Positions 27,396 through 36,989 are shown, numbered from the stretch's first letter. The stretch: 64,000 nucleotides of DNA from a virus (IMGVR_UViG_3300028048_000051:111843-175842), one strand, 5' to 3'. Made by a program: numbers and translations. Notes: a model not told the origin generated them from the letters alone.

Positions 27396-28151
27396 ATGCA
27401 TCATTTCAGCGAAAACGACAATCTCATCGCTGGCATTACGCCCTTCACCACCATCGACTACCCGGGCGAGCTTGCAGCAGTGCTCTTCGTCCGCGGCTGT
27501 CCGTTGAGATGTCGATACTGTCACAATCCTTCGCTGCTCGGCACTGAGGGCGAGCACATGTCGGACAACTCGGTGTTCGAGTTTCTGGAGCAGCACAAAG
27601 GCAAGCTCTCAGGCATCGTGCTTTCCGGCGGCGATCCGCTGCTGGCGGCACGAAGGCAGCTTCCTGGCATCAATGAACTCATCGCCCATGCTCACGCCAT
27701 GGGCTACAAGGTCAAGTTCGACACCAACGGCGTGTGCTATACCGAGTATTTTAGCGAGGAGCCGTACAACCGTGGTAAGCAGCTGATAGCGTCGATGGAC
27801 TACATCGGGCTGGACATCAAGGCTCCGGTCGACAAGTACACCCTATTTCAGGGCAGCCCACAATGTTTCAAGAATGTGCAGGCCTTCATCGAGGACGTAC
27901 TCGAAAGCGGCGTCCCCATCGAGGTGCGCACCACCGTGCACAAATCACTGCTTGACGAGCGCGACCTCGTCCGGATCAAGGAGGAGATCATCGATCCTTA
28001 CGGCCTGGGAGATCGGTGGTGGCTGCAGCAGTTCCACGAGGGCGAGCTGTATGACAATTCAATCAATAAGGAACCGACGTATTCTGACATTGAACTTACC
28101 CGGATCGCTGGTGAACTGGGGTGTCGGATACGCGGAGTAAAGGAGGAATAA
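27396..28151 (+). CDS. nrdG: anaerobic ribonucleotide reductase activating protein (radical SAM)
   Basis: GCPLRCRYCHN is the CxxxCxxC radical-SAM cluster motif typical of NrdG/PflA-type activases. Confidence 0.8.
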   Translation: MHHFSENDNLIAGITPFTTIDYPGELAAVLFVRGCPLRCRYCHNPSLLGTEGEHMSDNSVFEFLEQHKGKLSGIVLSGGDPLLAARRQLPGINELIAHAHAMGYKVKFDTNGVCYTEYFSEEPYNRGKQLIASMDYIGLDIKAPVDKYTLFQGSPQCFKNVQAFIEDVLESGVPIEVRTTVHKSLLDERDLVRIKEEIIDPYGLGDRWWLQQFHEGELYDNSINKEPTYSDIELTRIAGELGCRIRGVKEE

Positions 28152-28153
28152 AG

Positions 28154-28597
28154 ATGGAGAAACAGAAACTCAAGTTCCATTGTTCGGAACCTAACCTTGA
28201 CCAGCTGGTCAAAGCGCATCCCACTGATGCCGGGTACGACCTGTGCTGTGCCGAACACACCGTGACCGTTCCGGCACGCGAGTGGGCGGTGATAGCTACC
28301 GGCGTGCGCCTGGCTATTCCGGAAGGCTACGTCGGCATTGTCAAGCCGCGTTCCGGTCTGGCGGCCAAACAAGGCATCGACGTAGGTGCCGGCGTCATCG
28401 ACTCCGGATATCGTGGAGAGGTCAAGGTGGTGCTTTTCAACCATTCCGATACGGATGTCCAATTCCAATACGGAGATCGTATCGCTCAGTTGGTGGTGCT
28501 CCAACTTTTCACCGGAGATTTGGAGAAAGTTGAATCCACGGATGATCTGCCGGAAGCCGATCGTGCGGAAAAGGGATTTGGAAGCAGTGGAGTATGA
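28154..28597 (+). CDS. dut: dUTP diphosphatase
   Basis: AGYDL, RSGLA, GVIDSGYRGEV, GDRIAQL and a C-terminal GFGSSG motif. Confidence 0.9.
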   Translation: MEKQKLKFHCSEPNLDQLVKAHPTDAGYDLCCAEHTVTVPAREWAVIATGVRLAIPEGYVGIVKPRSGLAAKQGIDVGAGVIDSGYRGEVKVVLFNHSDTDVQFQYGDRIAQLVVLQLFTGDLEKVESTDDLPEADRAEKGFGSSGV

Positions 28598-28668
28598 ATG
28601 ATGCAATACTTTTCGGAGTTTTGCTCGCAGTGTTTCTCGGATCACTGCGACTTTTCACGAGGTGAGCC

Positions 28669-29352
28669 ATGTACAGATTAGATACCATCAGTCCCGAGGC
28701 TGGACAGTATCTTCATTTGGTCGTGATGGATGTACATCCTTTATTCACTGATGATTTGAGCATAAAAAGGATATCTGTCAGTCCCGTGAATGGAAGAACA
28801 TATCGGGTTTATATCGGACTTTCCGATGGCAAAGACGAGGTGGTGACCATAGACAAACTGGTCCATTTTAACCGGAGAAATTTCAATAAAACTTCCTGTG
28901 TTCCAGTGTTTTCGAACATAACTTACGAAGAGACCTCTGACGGGTTTGACGATAATTTTCTCCATATCGAGTTGAGTGCGCCTGGAACTGGGGATACGCT
29001 GCTTGTTCGTATGCCCAGTTCCGATTTCCTTAGGCGGCGAGTGTGGTATGGAGGTACAAGTATCGGTATGTCTCCTTGGGAAATCAGATATTCAACGCCG
29101 CTGATGTTTCAACTGTCCGAGTTGCTCAACTCACCGGAACACTTCCGGAAGGTGCATCTACCCGGGTATTCCTCGGAGCAGGTAGCGCAACTGGTACACA
29201 AGATTCCGGAGACGATCGGTCGTTCCGATGGCTGTCTGGCGATATTGCGTAAGGCCAGAGTCAAACAACTGACACTGCAGGAACTTGCCCGTAAGTATCG
29301 TGTGGACAGCGACAAGCGTGAATTGGCCTCGTTTATCGATCCTGAGGATTGA
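28669..29352 (+). CDS. hypothetical protein (AT-rich gene)
   Basis: ORF with distinctly lower GC than its neighbours. Confidence 0.5.
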   Translation: MYRLDTISPEAGQYLHLVVMDVHPLFTDDLSIKRISVSPVNGRTYRVYIGLSDGKDEVVTIDKLVHFNRRNFNKTSCVPVFSNITYEETSDGFDDNFLHIELSAPGTGDTLLVRMPSSDFLRRRVWYGGTSIGMSPWEIRYSTPLMFQLSELLNSPEHFRKVHLPGYSSEQVAQLVHKIPETIGRSDGCLAILRKARVKQLTLQELARKYRVDSDKRELASFIDPED

Positions 29353-29370
29353 AAGGAGTTTATGTGAAAA

Positions 29371-29631
29371 ATGTTTGAAAAGTGGCTGTTGAAGTTGAAG
29401 GAAGGTTTGGAACTTCCGTGCCTGTTCGTCCCCCGGAGGACCTCTTTTGACGAGGTGCCGGATAAAGCGTATGCGTACCGTTATGAGGCGTCCACCAGCA
29501 TAATGACCGGAAAGGTGAATGCCATCCAACAGAAGGCATACTGCAACTACTGCGGAGATATTTGGCTGGCCAGACCTCTCCGAGTGGGTAAGTTCTCGTG
29601 GAGGGAAGTCGTCAGCATTCTTCCGCGGTAG
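29371..29631 (+). CDS. hypothetical small protein
   Basis: ORF with GGAG ribosome-binding site. Confidence 0.45.
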   Translation: MFEKWLLKLKEGLELPCLFVPRRTSFDEVPDKAYAYRYEASTSIMTGKVNAIQQKAYCNYCGDIWLARPLRVGKFSWREVVSILPR

Positions 29632-29660
29632 CTCCAAAGAAAAAGAAAATTCATTAACCC

Positions 29661-29696
29661 GGCGGGGTTGAGCGATCTGCTCCCCCGCCTTTTTTG
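29661..29696 (+). terminator. rho-independent terminator-like hairpin
   Basis: GGCGGGG / CCCCGCC stem followed by TTTTTTG. Confidence 0.55.
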
Positions 29697-29723
29697 TGTC
29701 CATTTACAAGGAGTATTGTAAAA

Positions 29724-30314
29724 ATGTTCAGAAAGAAATCCGTATCCGCATCCGTTTCCTCGGCGTCTATCGTTCACCCCGGCGTCTCCAAGTCCGATTT
29801 GCCCAGTCGCACCACCGTCTCCGTTACCCGAGAGTCGAAGCGGCTGCGTACAGAGCACTTGCGTTATATCCGGCGTGAGGCGGCAGCGGCGAAGGCGCAG
29901 AAACTTCAAGACTTCCGTGCGAAGACCGAGGCCGCACTTCAGGTGTTCGACGACACCGCCGTGATGGTGCGTTTCGCGGATATCCTCTCGTCTCGCGGAG
30001 GGGCCTACATCCAGAAGCAGCTGATTGACCTAATCATCGGGCGTCTCCGTGACGGACGTACCTCGGCCAAGCACAATGTCATCGGGATCGATCTGTCGAA
30101 GATCCCTGAATTCATTGCCCTGAGGAGTAATTTCCAGAAGTCCAGGGATGCATTGAACGAGGCCTACGAGGCCGGAGTTCAGAAGATCGAGCAGTCCATC
30201 TCGGATGTCGTCGACGGTGTGTATCTCGACAGCATGCCGGACGAGTGTGCTGAAAAGGTGCGGCTGCTCCGGGAACTGCCGATACCGGGACTTCCGCAGC
30301 CGGCAGTGGTGTAA
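29724..30314 (+). CDS. hypothetical protein
   Basis: ORF 29694..30314; ATG preceded by AAGGAG. Confidence 0.5.
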   Translation: MFRKKSVSASVSSASIVHPGVSKSDLPSRTTVSVTRESKRLRTEHLRYIRREAAAAKAQKLQDFRAKTEAALQVFDDTAVMVRFADILSSRGGAYIQKQLIDLIIGRLRDGRTSAKHNVIGIDLSKIPEFIALRSNFQKSRDALNEAYEAGVQKIEQSISDVVDGVYLDSMPDECAEKVRLLRELPIPGLPQPAVV

Positions 30315-30365
30315 TGTACAGTAAAGCGGTGGGGACACTGTGTCCCCACCGTACGTCTGGAGGTA

Positions 30366-30623
30366 ATGATGGTAGACGAGGAAAAAGGCGAACTTCATAT
30401 CATCTGGGATGTGAATGATATCCGAAATTACGCCACCATGTGCTTGGAGCCGGAGACGTGTCAGGAACTGTCGCACGAGGACGCGCTGAATATTCTGCAC
30501 GAGCTTGATCGCGAGCACGACAGCAGTCGAGGCATCACCTGGAAGGTGGTGGAGTCGAAGATACGTGAGTATCTGAGGAACAAGGAAACCGAATTGCAGA
30601 GGGCGGTGAATTATGGCAGCTGA
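30366..30623 (+). CDS. hypothetical small protein
   Basis: ORF with GGAGG ribosome-binding site. Confidence 0.45.
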   Translation: MMVDEEKGELHIIWDVNDIRNYATMCLEPETCQELSHEDALNILHELDREHDSSRGITWKVVESKIREYLRNKETELQRAVNYGS

Positions 30624-30792
30624 GTTCGAGTTAAATGGCAAACAGTATACGACGAAAGAGCATTTCGCGCGCACTTGCGCAGGCTGTGTCTTTGCACATG
30701 GAGATCATTCGGAATGCGCCGAAGCACAGAATGTATCCGGTAAGTCTTGTGGTTTGGATCACGTAGTTTTTATCGAGGTTAAACATGAATGA
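30613..30792 (+). CDS. small Cys/His protein (59 aa)
   Basis: Not in the track; MAAEFELNGKQYTTKEHFARTCAGCVFAHGDHSECAEAQ...; overlaps its neighbours. Confidence 0.3.
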   Translation: MAAEFELNGKQYTTKEHFARTCAGCVFAHGDHSECAEAQNVSGKSCGLDHVVFIEVKHE

Positions 30793-31033
30793 AGACGAAT
30801 ATCTGAAAGCACTGCTGCAGCGCAATCCGGGATTGAACAAAGGCGACGACGATACTGTCACGCTGAGAGTCCGCGGACTGAAGGCCATTATCCGTCAGGC
30901 TTTCCAGAAGGGACGGGAATCGGCGTTGGGTGATCAGAAAAATTACAGTGCCGCAGGTGACGGCAGCAGCGGTTCCGCGCTGTTCGATAAACTTTTTGGA
31001 GGAAACCGAAATGGACAAAGCAGCTTCTTTTGA
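30785..31033 (+). CDS. hypothetical small protein
   Basis: ORF with ATG. Confidence 0.4.
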   Translation: MNEDEYLKALLQRNPGLNKGDDDTVTLRVRGLKAIIRQAFQKGRESALGDQKNYSAAGDGSSGSALFDKLFGGNRNGQSSFF

Positions 31034-31463
31034 TCAGAAAAAGGCAGATGATCCGGTAAATCACCCCGGTCATTATTGTGTTGGAAATCTGGAATGCATT
31101 GAGGTGATGCGCAGTATCCACGGCGATTTCGCGGTGGGTTGTTTTGCCCGCTGTAACGCCTGGAAGTACTTGTGGCGCACCAACCGGAAAAACGGCAAGC
31201 AGGACATTGAGAAAGCCTTGTGGTACTTGACCAAGTACAATAATGAGCTTTCCAACAGTACCGATGAGGTTAAAGCCGCCATTCGTGTTCTGACATCTTG
31301 TGCCATAAAAGTCGGCGTGCGCAGGTCTTCCGGGTGCGGTACGGAATCCGCGGAAATGGAACTTTGCAAGGCATTCAGGAGACTGCATGATCTCCTCGGT
31401 TTGAGCAGCGACTGGAATCCTGTGAGCGGCACGCTGCCCAGTATATTGGGGGAGGACAAGTAA
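31011..31463 (+). CDS. DUF3310-like phage protein
   Basis: NHPGHYCVGNLECIEV...NAWKYLWR...KALWYL matches the DUF3310 pattern HY..g.iE.id.....NaiKYl.R....KA.wYl. Confidence 0.5.
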   Translation: MDKAASFDQKKADDPVNHPGHYCVGNLECIEVMRSIHGDFAVGCFARCNAWKYLWRTNRKNGKQDIEKALWYLTKYNNELSNSTDEVKAAIRVLTSCAIKVGVRRSSGCGTESAEMELCKAFRRLHDLLGLSSDWNPVSGTLPSILGEDK

Positions 31464-31799
31464 ATGATGCAGAAGGCATGCATAAAGACTCCCAATGGCA
31501 CTGCGGTGGCCATAAGCGTTGATCTGCACAAGGTGTTTTCTGATGACTTCAAGGCCATCGTCAGAACGACGTTGGTGGGTAACCTGCTCAAGGAATTCGC
31601 CGCGGCCAAGTGCAATCCCGAAGACACCAGTCACAAGGGAGAAGCCTTCCGCAACACGGTATGCGACATTGCGGAATATACCGCGGCGGCAATCCAGCCT
31701 ATGATCAATGAACTCATGGAGGAAATACGTCATGGCGATGTTCTCGATCAGGAGCTGGCGGATATGGGCATCACCTTCGCCGATGATAAGGAGAAGTAG
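31464..31799 (+). CDS. hypothetical protein
   Basis: ORF; its ATGATG follows the upstream stop. Confidence 0.5.
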   Translation: MMQKACIKTPNGTAVAISVDLHKVFSDDFKAIVRTTLVGNLLKEFAAAKCNPEDTSHKGEAFRNTVCDIAEYTAAAIQPMINELMEEIRHGDVLDQELADMGITFADDKEK

Positions 31800-31801
31800 C
31801 A

Positions 31802-32197
31802 ATGGGATTGATGATAGGTAAGACTGGAGCAAATCCTACGATTCCGATTTGTCCATACTGCGGCAAAGGAAAGAACGAGGTAATACTTACCGGATTGGCC
31901 GGTGAGAAGTGGGCCAAAGAAAACGGACGTCCAGACGGCCAGATGCCGATGTATGTGCAGATCGAGGGTGATGTTGAACCTTGCGCTGAATGCAAAAAGA
32001 AGGGCATTGCGATAGTAGAGATGGCTCCGGACACCCGGAAACCCACCGGTAAACGGTGGCTGGTGACCAGGGATTACATCAAGCGTACGGTGAAACAACC
32101 GCTGCAGGATCAGATTCTTAAAAAAGGTATCGCCTTCATTGATCCCGAGACCGCCGAGTCGGTGGGATTGCATGCAGCACTAGAACAGGAGGGTTAA
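31802..32197 (+). CDS. hypothetical Zn-ribbon protein (CPYCG...CAEC)
   Basis: ORF with two CxxC pairs. Confidence 0.5.
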   Translation: MGLMIGKTGANPTIPICPYCGKGKNEVILTGLAGEKWAKENGRPDGQMPMYVQIEGDVEPCAECKKKGIAIVEMAPDTRKPTGKRWLVTRDYIKRTVKQPLQDQILKKGIAFIDPETAESVGLHAALEQEG

Positions 32198-32199
32198 AC

Positions 32200-32508
32200 A
32201 TGAGCTGGGGTACTTATTACAAACACAAGGGTTATCTGTCTCATATTTGTGAGAATGAGTTAGATAACAAATACGATGAGTGTAAACAGATCAATGATAT
32301 GATCTGGCGTGAGATACTCTCGTATATGGCTTCGACGCCTCCCGCTACGGCGAAGGACTTCGAAGGTAATGAGTACCCCTGGCCCGAGTTTATCGCAAAT
32401 AAGGTGCGGGAGTTTCGTGAAACCATTGAGGAGAACAATCACTTGATGACACGAATTAACGACTGCATTGAAGCTCGTGAAGACAATCCTGAAAACGTAT
32501 GGTCGTAG
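32200..32508 (+). CDS. hypothetical protein
   Basis: ORF. Confidence 0.5.
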   Translation: MSWGTYYKHKGYLSHICENELDNKYDECKQINDMIWREILSYMASTPPATAKDFEGNEYPWPEFIANKVREFRETIEENNHLMTRINDCIEAREDNPENVWS

Positions 32509-32515
32509 GTGTATT

Positions 32516-32689
32516 ATGGATTTTGTGTTTTTCTATTTGATCGTGACTGCGTGGACATGGCTCGGCAGACAGTATATGCTGACATCTGAAGATGACCGTC
32601 GCGATTATTTTCGTAACGGCTTTGCCGAGTTCATCAGATGTCTTGGCTGGCCGTTGATGTTGATTAACCACAAGGAGAAAACTAAATGA
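32516..32689 (+). CDS. small hydrophobic protein
   Basis: Internal ATG of ORF 32468..32689; MDFVFFYLIVTAWTWL... Confidence 0.35.
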   Translation: MDFVFFYLIVTAWTWLGRQYMLTSEDDRRDYFRNGFAEFIRCLGWPLMLINHKEKTK

Positions 32690-33753
32690 GGAAGTTGGCA
32701 AGCATCAGAACGATAGAGTCTCTCAGTCCTATCGAGGGCGCGGATAAGATCGAGTTGGCTCATACCGGTGGATGGCAATGTGTGGTCGGCAAGGACCAGT
32801 TCAAACCTGGTGAAGCTGCTGTGTTTTTCGAGATCGACAGTGCTTTGGCTCCAAATGATGAGCGTTATGCTTTCTTGAAGCCGACATGTCTTAAGGAATG
32901 GCGGAACAAGGACGGACAGCTCGTTGATTCCTGTATACGGATTCGTACCATGCGGTTCCGTGGTCAGATCTCGCAGGGGTTGTTTATGCCCATTCACGAT
33001 TTTCCAGAGATTGTGGATAGGACTGAGGGAATTGACCTTACTGAAGTACTGCATGTACGGCATTTCGACCTGATCAAGGAGCAGGCCGATACCATTCTCG
33101 GCAAGGTAAAGCTCGCTGGAGACATCTATGGTAGTTTCCCATCGGCATTGGTCCCGAAGACCGATGAGGAAAGACTGCAGAATCTGATGGACTATTTCGA
33201 GACCAGGAAAGATGTAGCCTTTGAATGTACTGAGAAGTTCGACGGATGCAGCGTTACCTTTGGGTACTCCACCACGTTGGAGGATCCATTCTTTGTCTGT
33301 GGCAGAAACAACCGTCTCAAGGACACGGGAGAGAATCTCTACTGGCGAATGGCGAGAAAGTACGATCTGCAGCATCTTCTGGAGCAGTGCTCCAAGATGG
33401 GAACTGACCTGGCCATCCAAGCCGAGATAGTCGGTCCCGGAGTCAACGGCAATCGGGATCAATACACCGAGCATGAGATACGGGTATTTCGTATCTACGA
33501 CATGCAGAAGCAGCAGTGGTTGACTCCTGAAGCGCGTCATGCATTTTGTGAACGCCATAAACTGCCGCATGTCAAGATCGTCCGTGATAACTGGGAGGTG
33601 TTCAAGGAGTTCACATCGTTGGATGACTTCCTGAGGTTCGTTGAGGGCAAAACCGATCGGGGGCATGAGCGGGAGGGCATGGTGTGGAAATCTCTAAATG
33701 GTCGTACCAGCTTCAAGGTCATCAACAATAATTACTTGCTGAAGGAGAAGTGA
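32686..33753 (+). CDS. ATP-dependent polynucleotide ligase of the covalent nucleotidyltransferase superfamily, RNA-ligase-like
   Basis: TEKFDGCS (motif I KxDG lacking the Arg typical of DNA ligases) and EGMVWK (motif V). Confidence 0.6.
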   Translation: MRKLASIRTIESLSPIEGADKIELAHTGGWQCVVGKDQFKPGEAAVFFEIDSALAPNDERYAFLKPTCLKEWRNKDGQLVDSCIRIRTMRFRGQISQGLFMPIHDFPEIVDRTEGIDLTEVLHVRHFDLIKEQADTILGKVKLAGDIYGSFPSALVPKTDEERLQNLMDYFETRKDVAFECTEKFDGCSVTFGYSTTLEDPFFVCGRNNRLKDTGENLYWRMARKYDLQHLLEQCSKMGTDLAIQAEIVGPGVNGNRDQYTEHEIRVFRIYDMQKQQWLTPEARHAFCERHKLPHVKIVRDNWEVFKEFTSLDDFLRFVEGKTDRGHEREGMVWKSLNGRTSFKVINNNYLLKEK

Positions 33754-33754
33754 A

Positions 33755-34141
33755 GTGGTTACCGAAAGCATGATTTATTGGATATTCCGCCTAGATTATA
33801 TCCGTGCATTTTGTATCGGAGTTGCGGTAGTATCCAGTGTTGCTGCTGTTTTGTTGCCGTTTGCTGCGATGGATATCAACAGTGACGATGACCTTGCAAA
33901 GCGATGGAAACGGCGTCTGTTTCGATTGTCGGCATTGTGCGCGGTGTTGTTTATCTCGGCCGTACAAGGATCAATATTCATACCCACCACACAAGAGATG
34001 ATCTTAATCAAGGTGATTCCTGTCATCAGCAATTCCAAGTTCATGACCGAACAATTGCCTGGTGAAATGAAGGAATTTTACGACCTCGGCAGAAAGGCGC
34101 TCATCAGTAATTTGAAAGGTGCGGTCGATGGACAAAAATGA
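33755..34141 (+). CDS. small membrane protein, paralogue of 35029..35427
   Basis: GTG start. MxYWIxRxDxIR... and FxPTTxExxxIxVxPxIxNS... are shared with the paralogue. Confidence 0.5.
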   Translation: MVTESMIYWIFRLDYIRAFCIGVAVVSSVAAVLLPFAAMDINSDDDLAKRWKRRLFRLSALCAVLFISAVQGSIFIPTTQEMILIKVIPVISNSKFMTEQLPGEMKEFYDLGRKALISNLKGAVDGQK

Positions 34142-34526
34142 ACTTGTAAAAACTTGCGTGGCCTGTGGTAAGTGTCAGGGATACGAACTGTTCGCCTCGC
34201 AGGGTGTTCCCGATGGACTGGATTGCGAAACCGCCCGAAAATGGGCGGAGTCCGGGACGTTGCGGAACAACGTGCGGAGCAATGTCGAAGCCGACGGCAA
34301 GTTGTATCATGTGTACTACGGAGCCAAATTCAACGGTACTCAGCAGGAATTCGTCCTCGATGTTCGGGCGAGTAGTGCCAGGGAGGCCTGTGCAGAATGT
34401 AAACGACTGGTGTTCAAGAACACTGGACGTAACGCATTTACACCGCAGGCGGTGCTTTCTGACAAAAGACCCAAATGGTACTCCGAAGCTAAAGTGCGTA
34501 AGGGGTATCCTCCTCCGAAGATGTGA
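34128..34526 (+). CDS. hypothetical Cys-containing protein
   Basis: ATG inside track ORF 34119..34526. Confidence 0.45.
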   Translation: MDKNELVKTCVACGKCQGYELFASQGVPDGLDCETARKWAESGTLRNNVRSNVEADGKLYHVYYGAKFNGTQQEFVLDVRASSAREACAECKRLVFKNTGRNAFTPQAVLSDKRPKWYSEAKVRKGYPPPKM

Positions 34527-34528
34527 CC

Positions 34529-34834
34529 ATGTTCAAATTACTGAAATTTGTGTGTATTCACTGTGGCTCAGATGATGCGCATGTACGTGAGCATTTGCGT
34601 GCACCGATGCTTGTGAAGCAGTATATCGCAGTAAGTACTGATGGCCAATGTTGGAAAGGCAATAACGCCCTGTCCGAGTATGACATTGACGACACATCGA
34701 CTCAGGTACCTAAAGTGGAGTTCTTTTGTAGCAACTGTGGGCGTCCTATACTGGCAAGACCAATGGACGTCAAAGAGGGACGTAAGGCTCTTTTTGAATT
34801 TTTGAAGACATTGCCCTGTAACCAGAAGGAGTAG
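34529..34834 (+). CDS. hypothetical Zn-ribbon protein (CIHCG...CSNCG)
   Basis: ATG at residue 3 of track ORF 34523. Confidence 0.45.
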   Translation: MFKLLKFVCIHCGSDDAHVREHLRAPMLVKQYIAVSTDGQCWKGNNALSEYDIDDTSTQVPKVEFFCSNCGRPILARPMDVKEGRKALFEFLKTLPCNQKE

Positions 34835-34837
34835 ATA

Positions 34838-35032
34838 ATGTCTACCAAGCCGGAAAGAGATAAAGAGGGCTGGACGTGGTTGTGGAACGCCCGTAAGGAT
34901 CATTATTTCCGCAATGGAAGAAGTCTTTGCGGGCGTTGGCTGTGCCTGGGAAGTGAACTCTACGACTCCCCGAATCCGTTGGCAACTTGTGCCGCTTGTT
35001 TGAAGAAACTTGAAAAGGAGAAGAAAAAGTGA
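34838..35032 (+). CDS. hypothetical small protein
   Basis: ORF with GGAG ribosome-binding site. Confidence 0.45.
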   Translation: MSTKPERDKEGWTWLWNARKDHYFRNGRSLCGRWLCLGSELYDSPNPLATCAACLKKLEKEKKK

Positions 35033-35427
35033 TTACGACAACACAGATGTATTGGATCACACGTGCCGATGCGATACGGCATGGCCTCGTGGGGATAATG
35101 ATACCAATCATTCTTCTATTTGTGCTGGCTTCGGTGGGTAAGATAGTTACGTTGATCGAGCAGACGGTCAGCGGTGACGAATCACCGTTGGCCAGAACTA
35201 TGACGCGACTTTGGGTCGGGTTCTCCGCGGCACTTATACTGGTGATTGGCGCGGAGATGTTCACACCCACTACCAAGGAACTGGCGGCGATCATCGTTGT
35301 GCCGAAGATCGCCAACTCCACGCTGGTGACGGAGAAGATCCCGCAGGAGCTTAGCGAGTTGTACACGCTCGCCAAGCAGTATATGATCGAAAGTCTGAAG
35401 GAAAAGAAAAAGGAGGCAGAGAAGTGA
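35029..35427 (+). CDS. small membrane protein, paralogue of 33755..34141
   Basis: GTG start; pattern shared with its paralogue. Confidence 0.5.
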   Translation: MITTTQMYWITRADAIRHGLVGIMIPIILLFVLASVGKIVTLIEQTVSGDESPLARTMTRLWVGFSAALILVIGAEMFTPTTKELAAIIVVPKIANSTLVTEKIPQELSELYTLAKQYMIESLKEKKKEAEK

Positions 35428-36278
35428 AAATCGTAATGCCCAGCGTGGAAATCATTCCGCGCATGGACCCCATCAAGAAGATAGAACTGTGCGCCCGTGT
35501 GGCGTACAAGTCCGAGGACAAAATCACCGAGGATTCCGCAGAACGCTTCGTCAAGCGCCTGATCGAGCGGGGGCATACGAGTGTGTTGGAACATGCGAGA
35601 GTACTGGCTCCCGAGACAGCCCTCAGTTACTGCCCACCGGATGCAGAACGGCCGTATGGATGGCGTGATCGAGTGAAATGGTTCAGTAGCAAGGAGTATG
35701 GCGCCCAATACCACGTAACTTGGTGGCGTACTTTGAATGCGCGTGATTTCATTGCGCTAGGCGGAACCCTCGAGCAACTCAAAACGCTCGAAGAAGCCGA
35801 TGACTACATGTCGGTGCGATTCACCTGCGACCGTGCCATTGCCAACGAACTGGTGCGCCACAGACAACTAAGTTTTACTCAGTCATCAACACGCTATATC
35901 AACTACAGAGAGGGCGTGGAGTTCGTGCTACCAGTGCCGTTCGGCTGGACGGCGTATTCCGAAGTGGTCACCGACCTTCGTCCGGCCTCCGAGGATCCGC
36001 TGTATGCCGAGTGGAAACAGGCGTGCTCATATGCCGAGCGTGCGTACATCCAGATGATCCGTCATGGCGCCACCCCGCAGGAAGCGCGCGACGTGCTACC
36101 ATTGTCTACCAAGACCGAGCTTATCATGACCGGCATGTACAAGCAGTGGGAGGACGTCTTCAAGCTGCGACTCGACAAGGCCGCCCATCCGCAGATGCGG
36201 TACCTGATGAAACTGCTGGTCAACCTGCCGGAGTTCCCGAAGGATAAGATCCACGTGGAGGACAAGACCGATGACTGA
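35424..36278 (+). CDS. thyX: flavin-dependent thymidylate synthase
   Basis: VRHRQLSFTQSSTRY is the ThyX motif RHRxxSxxxxSxR. GTG start 7 nt after AAGGAGG. Confidence 0.85.
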   Translation: MKIVMPSVEIIPRMDPIKKIELCARVAYKSEDKITEDSAERFVKRLIERGHTSVLEHARVLAPETALSYCPPDAERPYGWRDRVKWFSSKEYGAQYHVTWWRTLNARDFIALGGTLEQLKTLEEADDYMSVRFTCDRAIANELVRHRQLSFTQSSTRYINYREGVEFVLPVPFGWTAYSEVVTDLRPASEDPLYAEWKQACSYAERAYIQMIRHGATPQEARDVLPLSTKTELIMTGMYKQWEDVFKLRLDKAAHPQMRYLMKLLVNLPEFPKDKIHVEDKTDD

Positions 36279-36615
36279 CGCGCATGGCGTAATAGCAGGA
36301 TTGCTGTTTCTCTTTTTCGTTATCCAGTTCATAGAGCTGTTAGCGTTTGAGCATGGCGATCGCAGTCAGGCGATGAACACTGGGATTGTGTACGTCGTAC
36401 TCATCGGCGCTCTGGCGATAGCCAATCTCGTGTGCTGGATGAATCCGGACGTCGCATTAGTCGGGTTGGACAAGCGTGAGATAGCCATCATCCGCGAGTG
36501 CCGTGCCGAACAGACAGTTATCAAAGCGCAGCAGGAGCTGCAGAAATTGAAACAGAAAGGAGATACTGATGGTAACGATCAAAATCGAGACGGACAACGC
36601 CGCCTTCCACGATGA
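36271..36615 (+). CDS. hypothetical membrane protein
   Basis: ATGA overlap with thyX; hydrophobic N-terminus. Confidence 0.45.
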   Translation: MTDAHGVIAGLLFLFFVIQFIELLAFEHGDRSQAMNTGIVYVVLIGALAIANLVCWMNPDVALVGLDKREIAIIRECRAEQTVIKAQQELQKLKQKGDTDGNDQNRDGQRRLPR

Positions 36616-36814
36616 CGACGGCAAGCCCAGTGCGTATGCTCAAACACTGGAAGTGGCGCGTATTCTGCGTAAGTTGGTGCACGAACTGGAGTCCAATTTG
36701 TCCATAGGATCTCACGTGTATGCTACCCCGCTGATGGACTGCAACGGCAATCATGTCGGTGACTTTTCCATGGATCCCCCTTGCAATGAGGAGGACCACC
36801 ATGAAGAAGCGTAA
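36569..36814 (+). CDS. hypothetical small protein
   Basis: ORF with GGAG ribosome-binding site. Confidence 0.45.
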   Translation: MVTIKIETDNAAFHDDDGKPSAYAQTLEVARILRKLVHELESNLSIGSHVYATPLMDCNGNHVGDFSMDPPCNEEDHHEEA

Positions 36815-36989
36815 GCGCGGATACAAAGTCTACGTCAGATTCAGTCAGGTGACTCCGATCATCGTGGATGCCTACAGTGCATCCGGCGCGCTGAAGAAGG
36901 CCTTGGAAAAAGCCAGCGCCATGTCTGTGGTCGGCGAGGAAGTGGAAACGGTTTCATGGATTTATCTGGAAAAGGAGAAAAATGAGTAA
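36801..36989 (+). CDS. hypothetical small basic protein
   Basis: Internal ATG of ORF 36753..36989, preceded by GGAGGA. Confidence 0.4.
   Translation: MKKRKRGYKVYVRFSQVTPIIVDAYSASGALKKALEKASAMSVVGEEVETVSWIYLEKEKNE

Noticed and set aside
30328-30350. GGTGGGGACA-CTG-TGTCCCCACC hairpin as an intrinsic terminator
   Set aside because: Strong 10-bp stem but no U-tract follows. Possibly an RNA stability or processing element; not called as a terminator.
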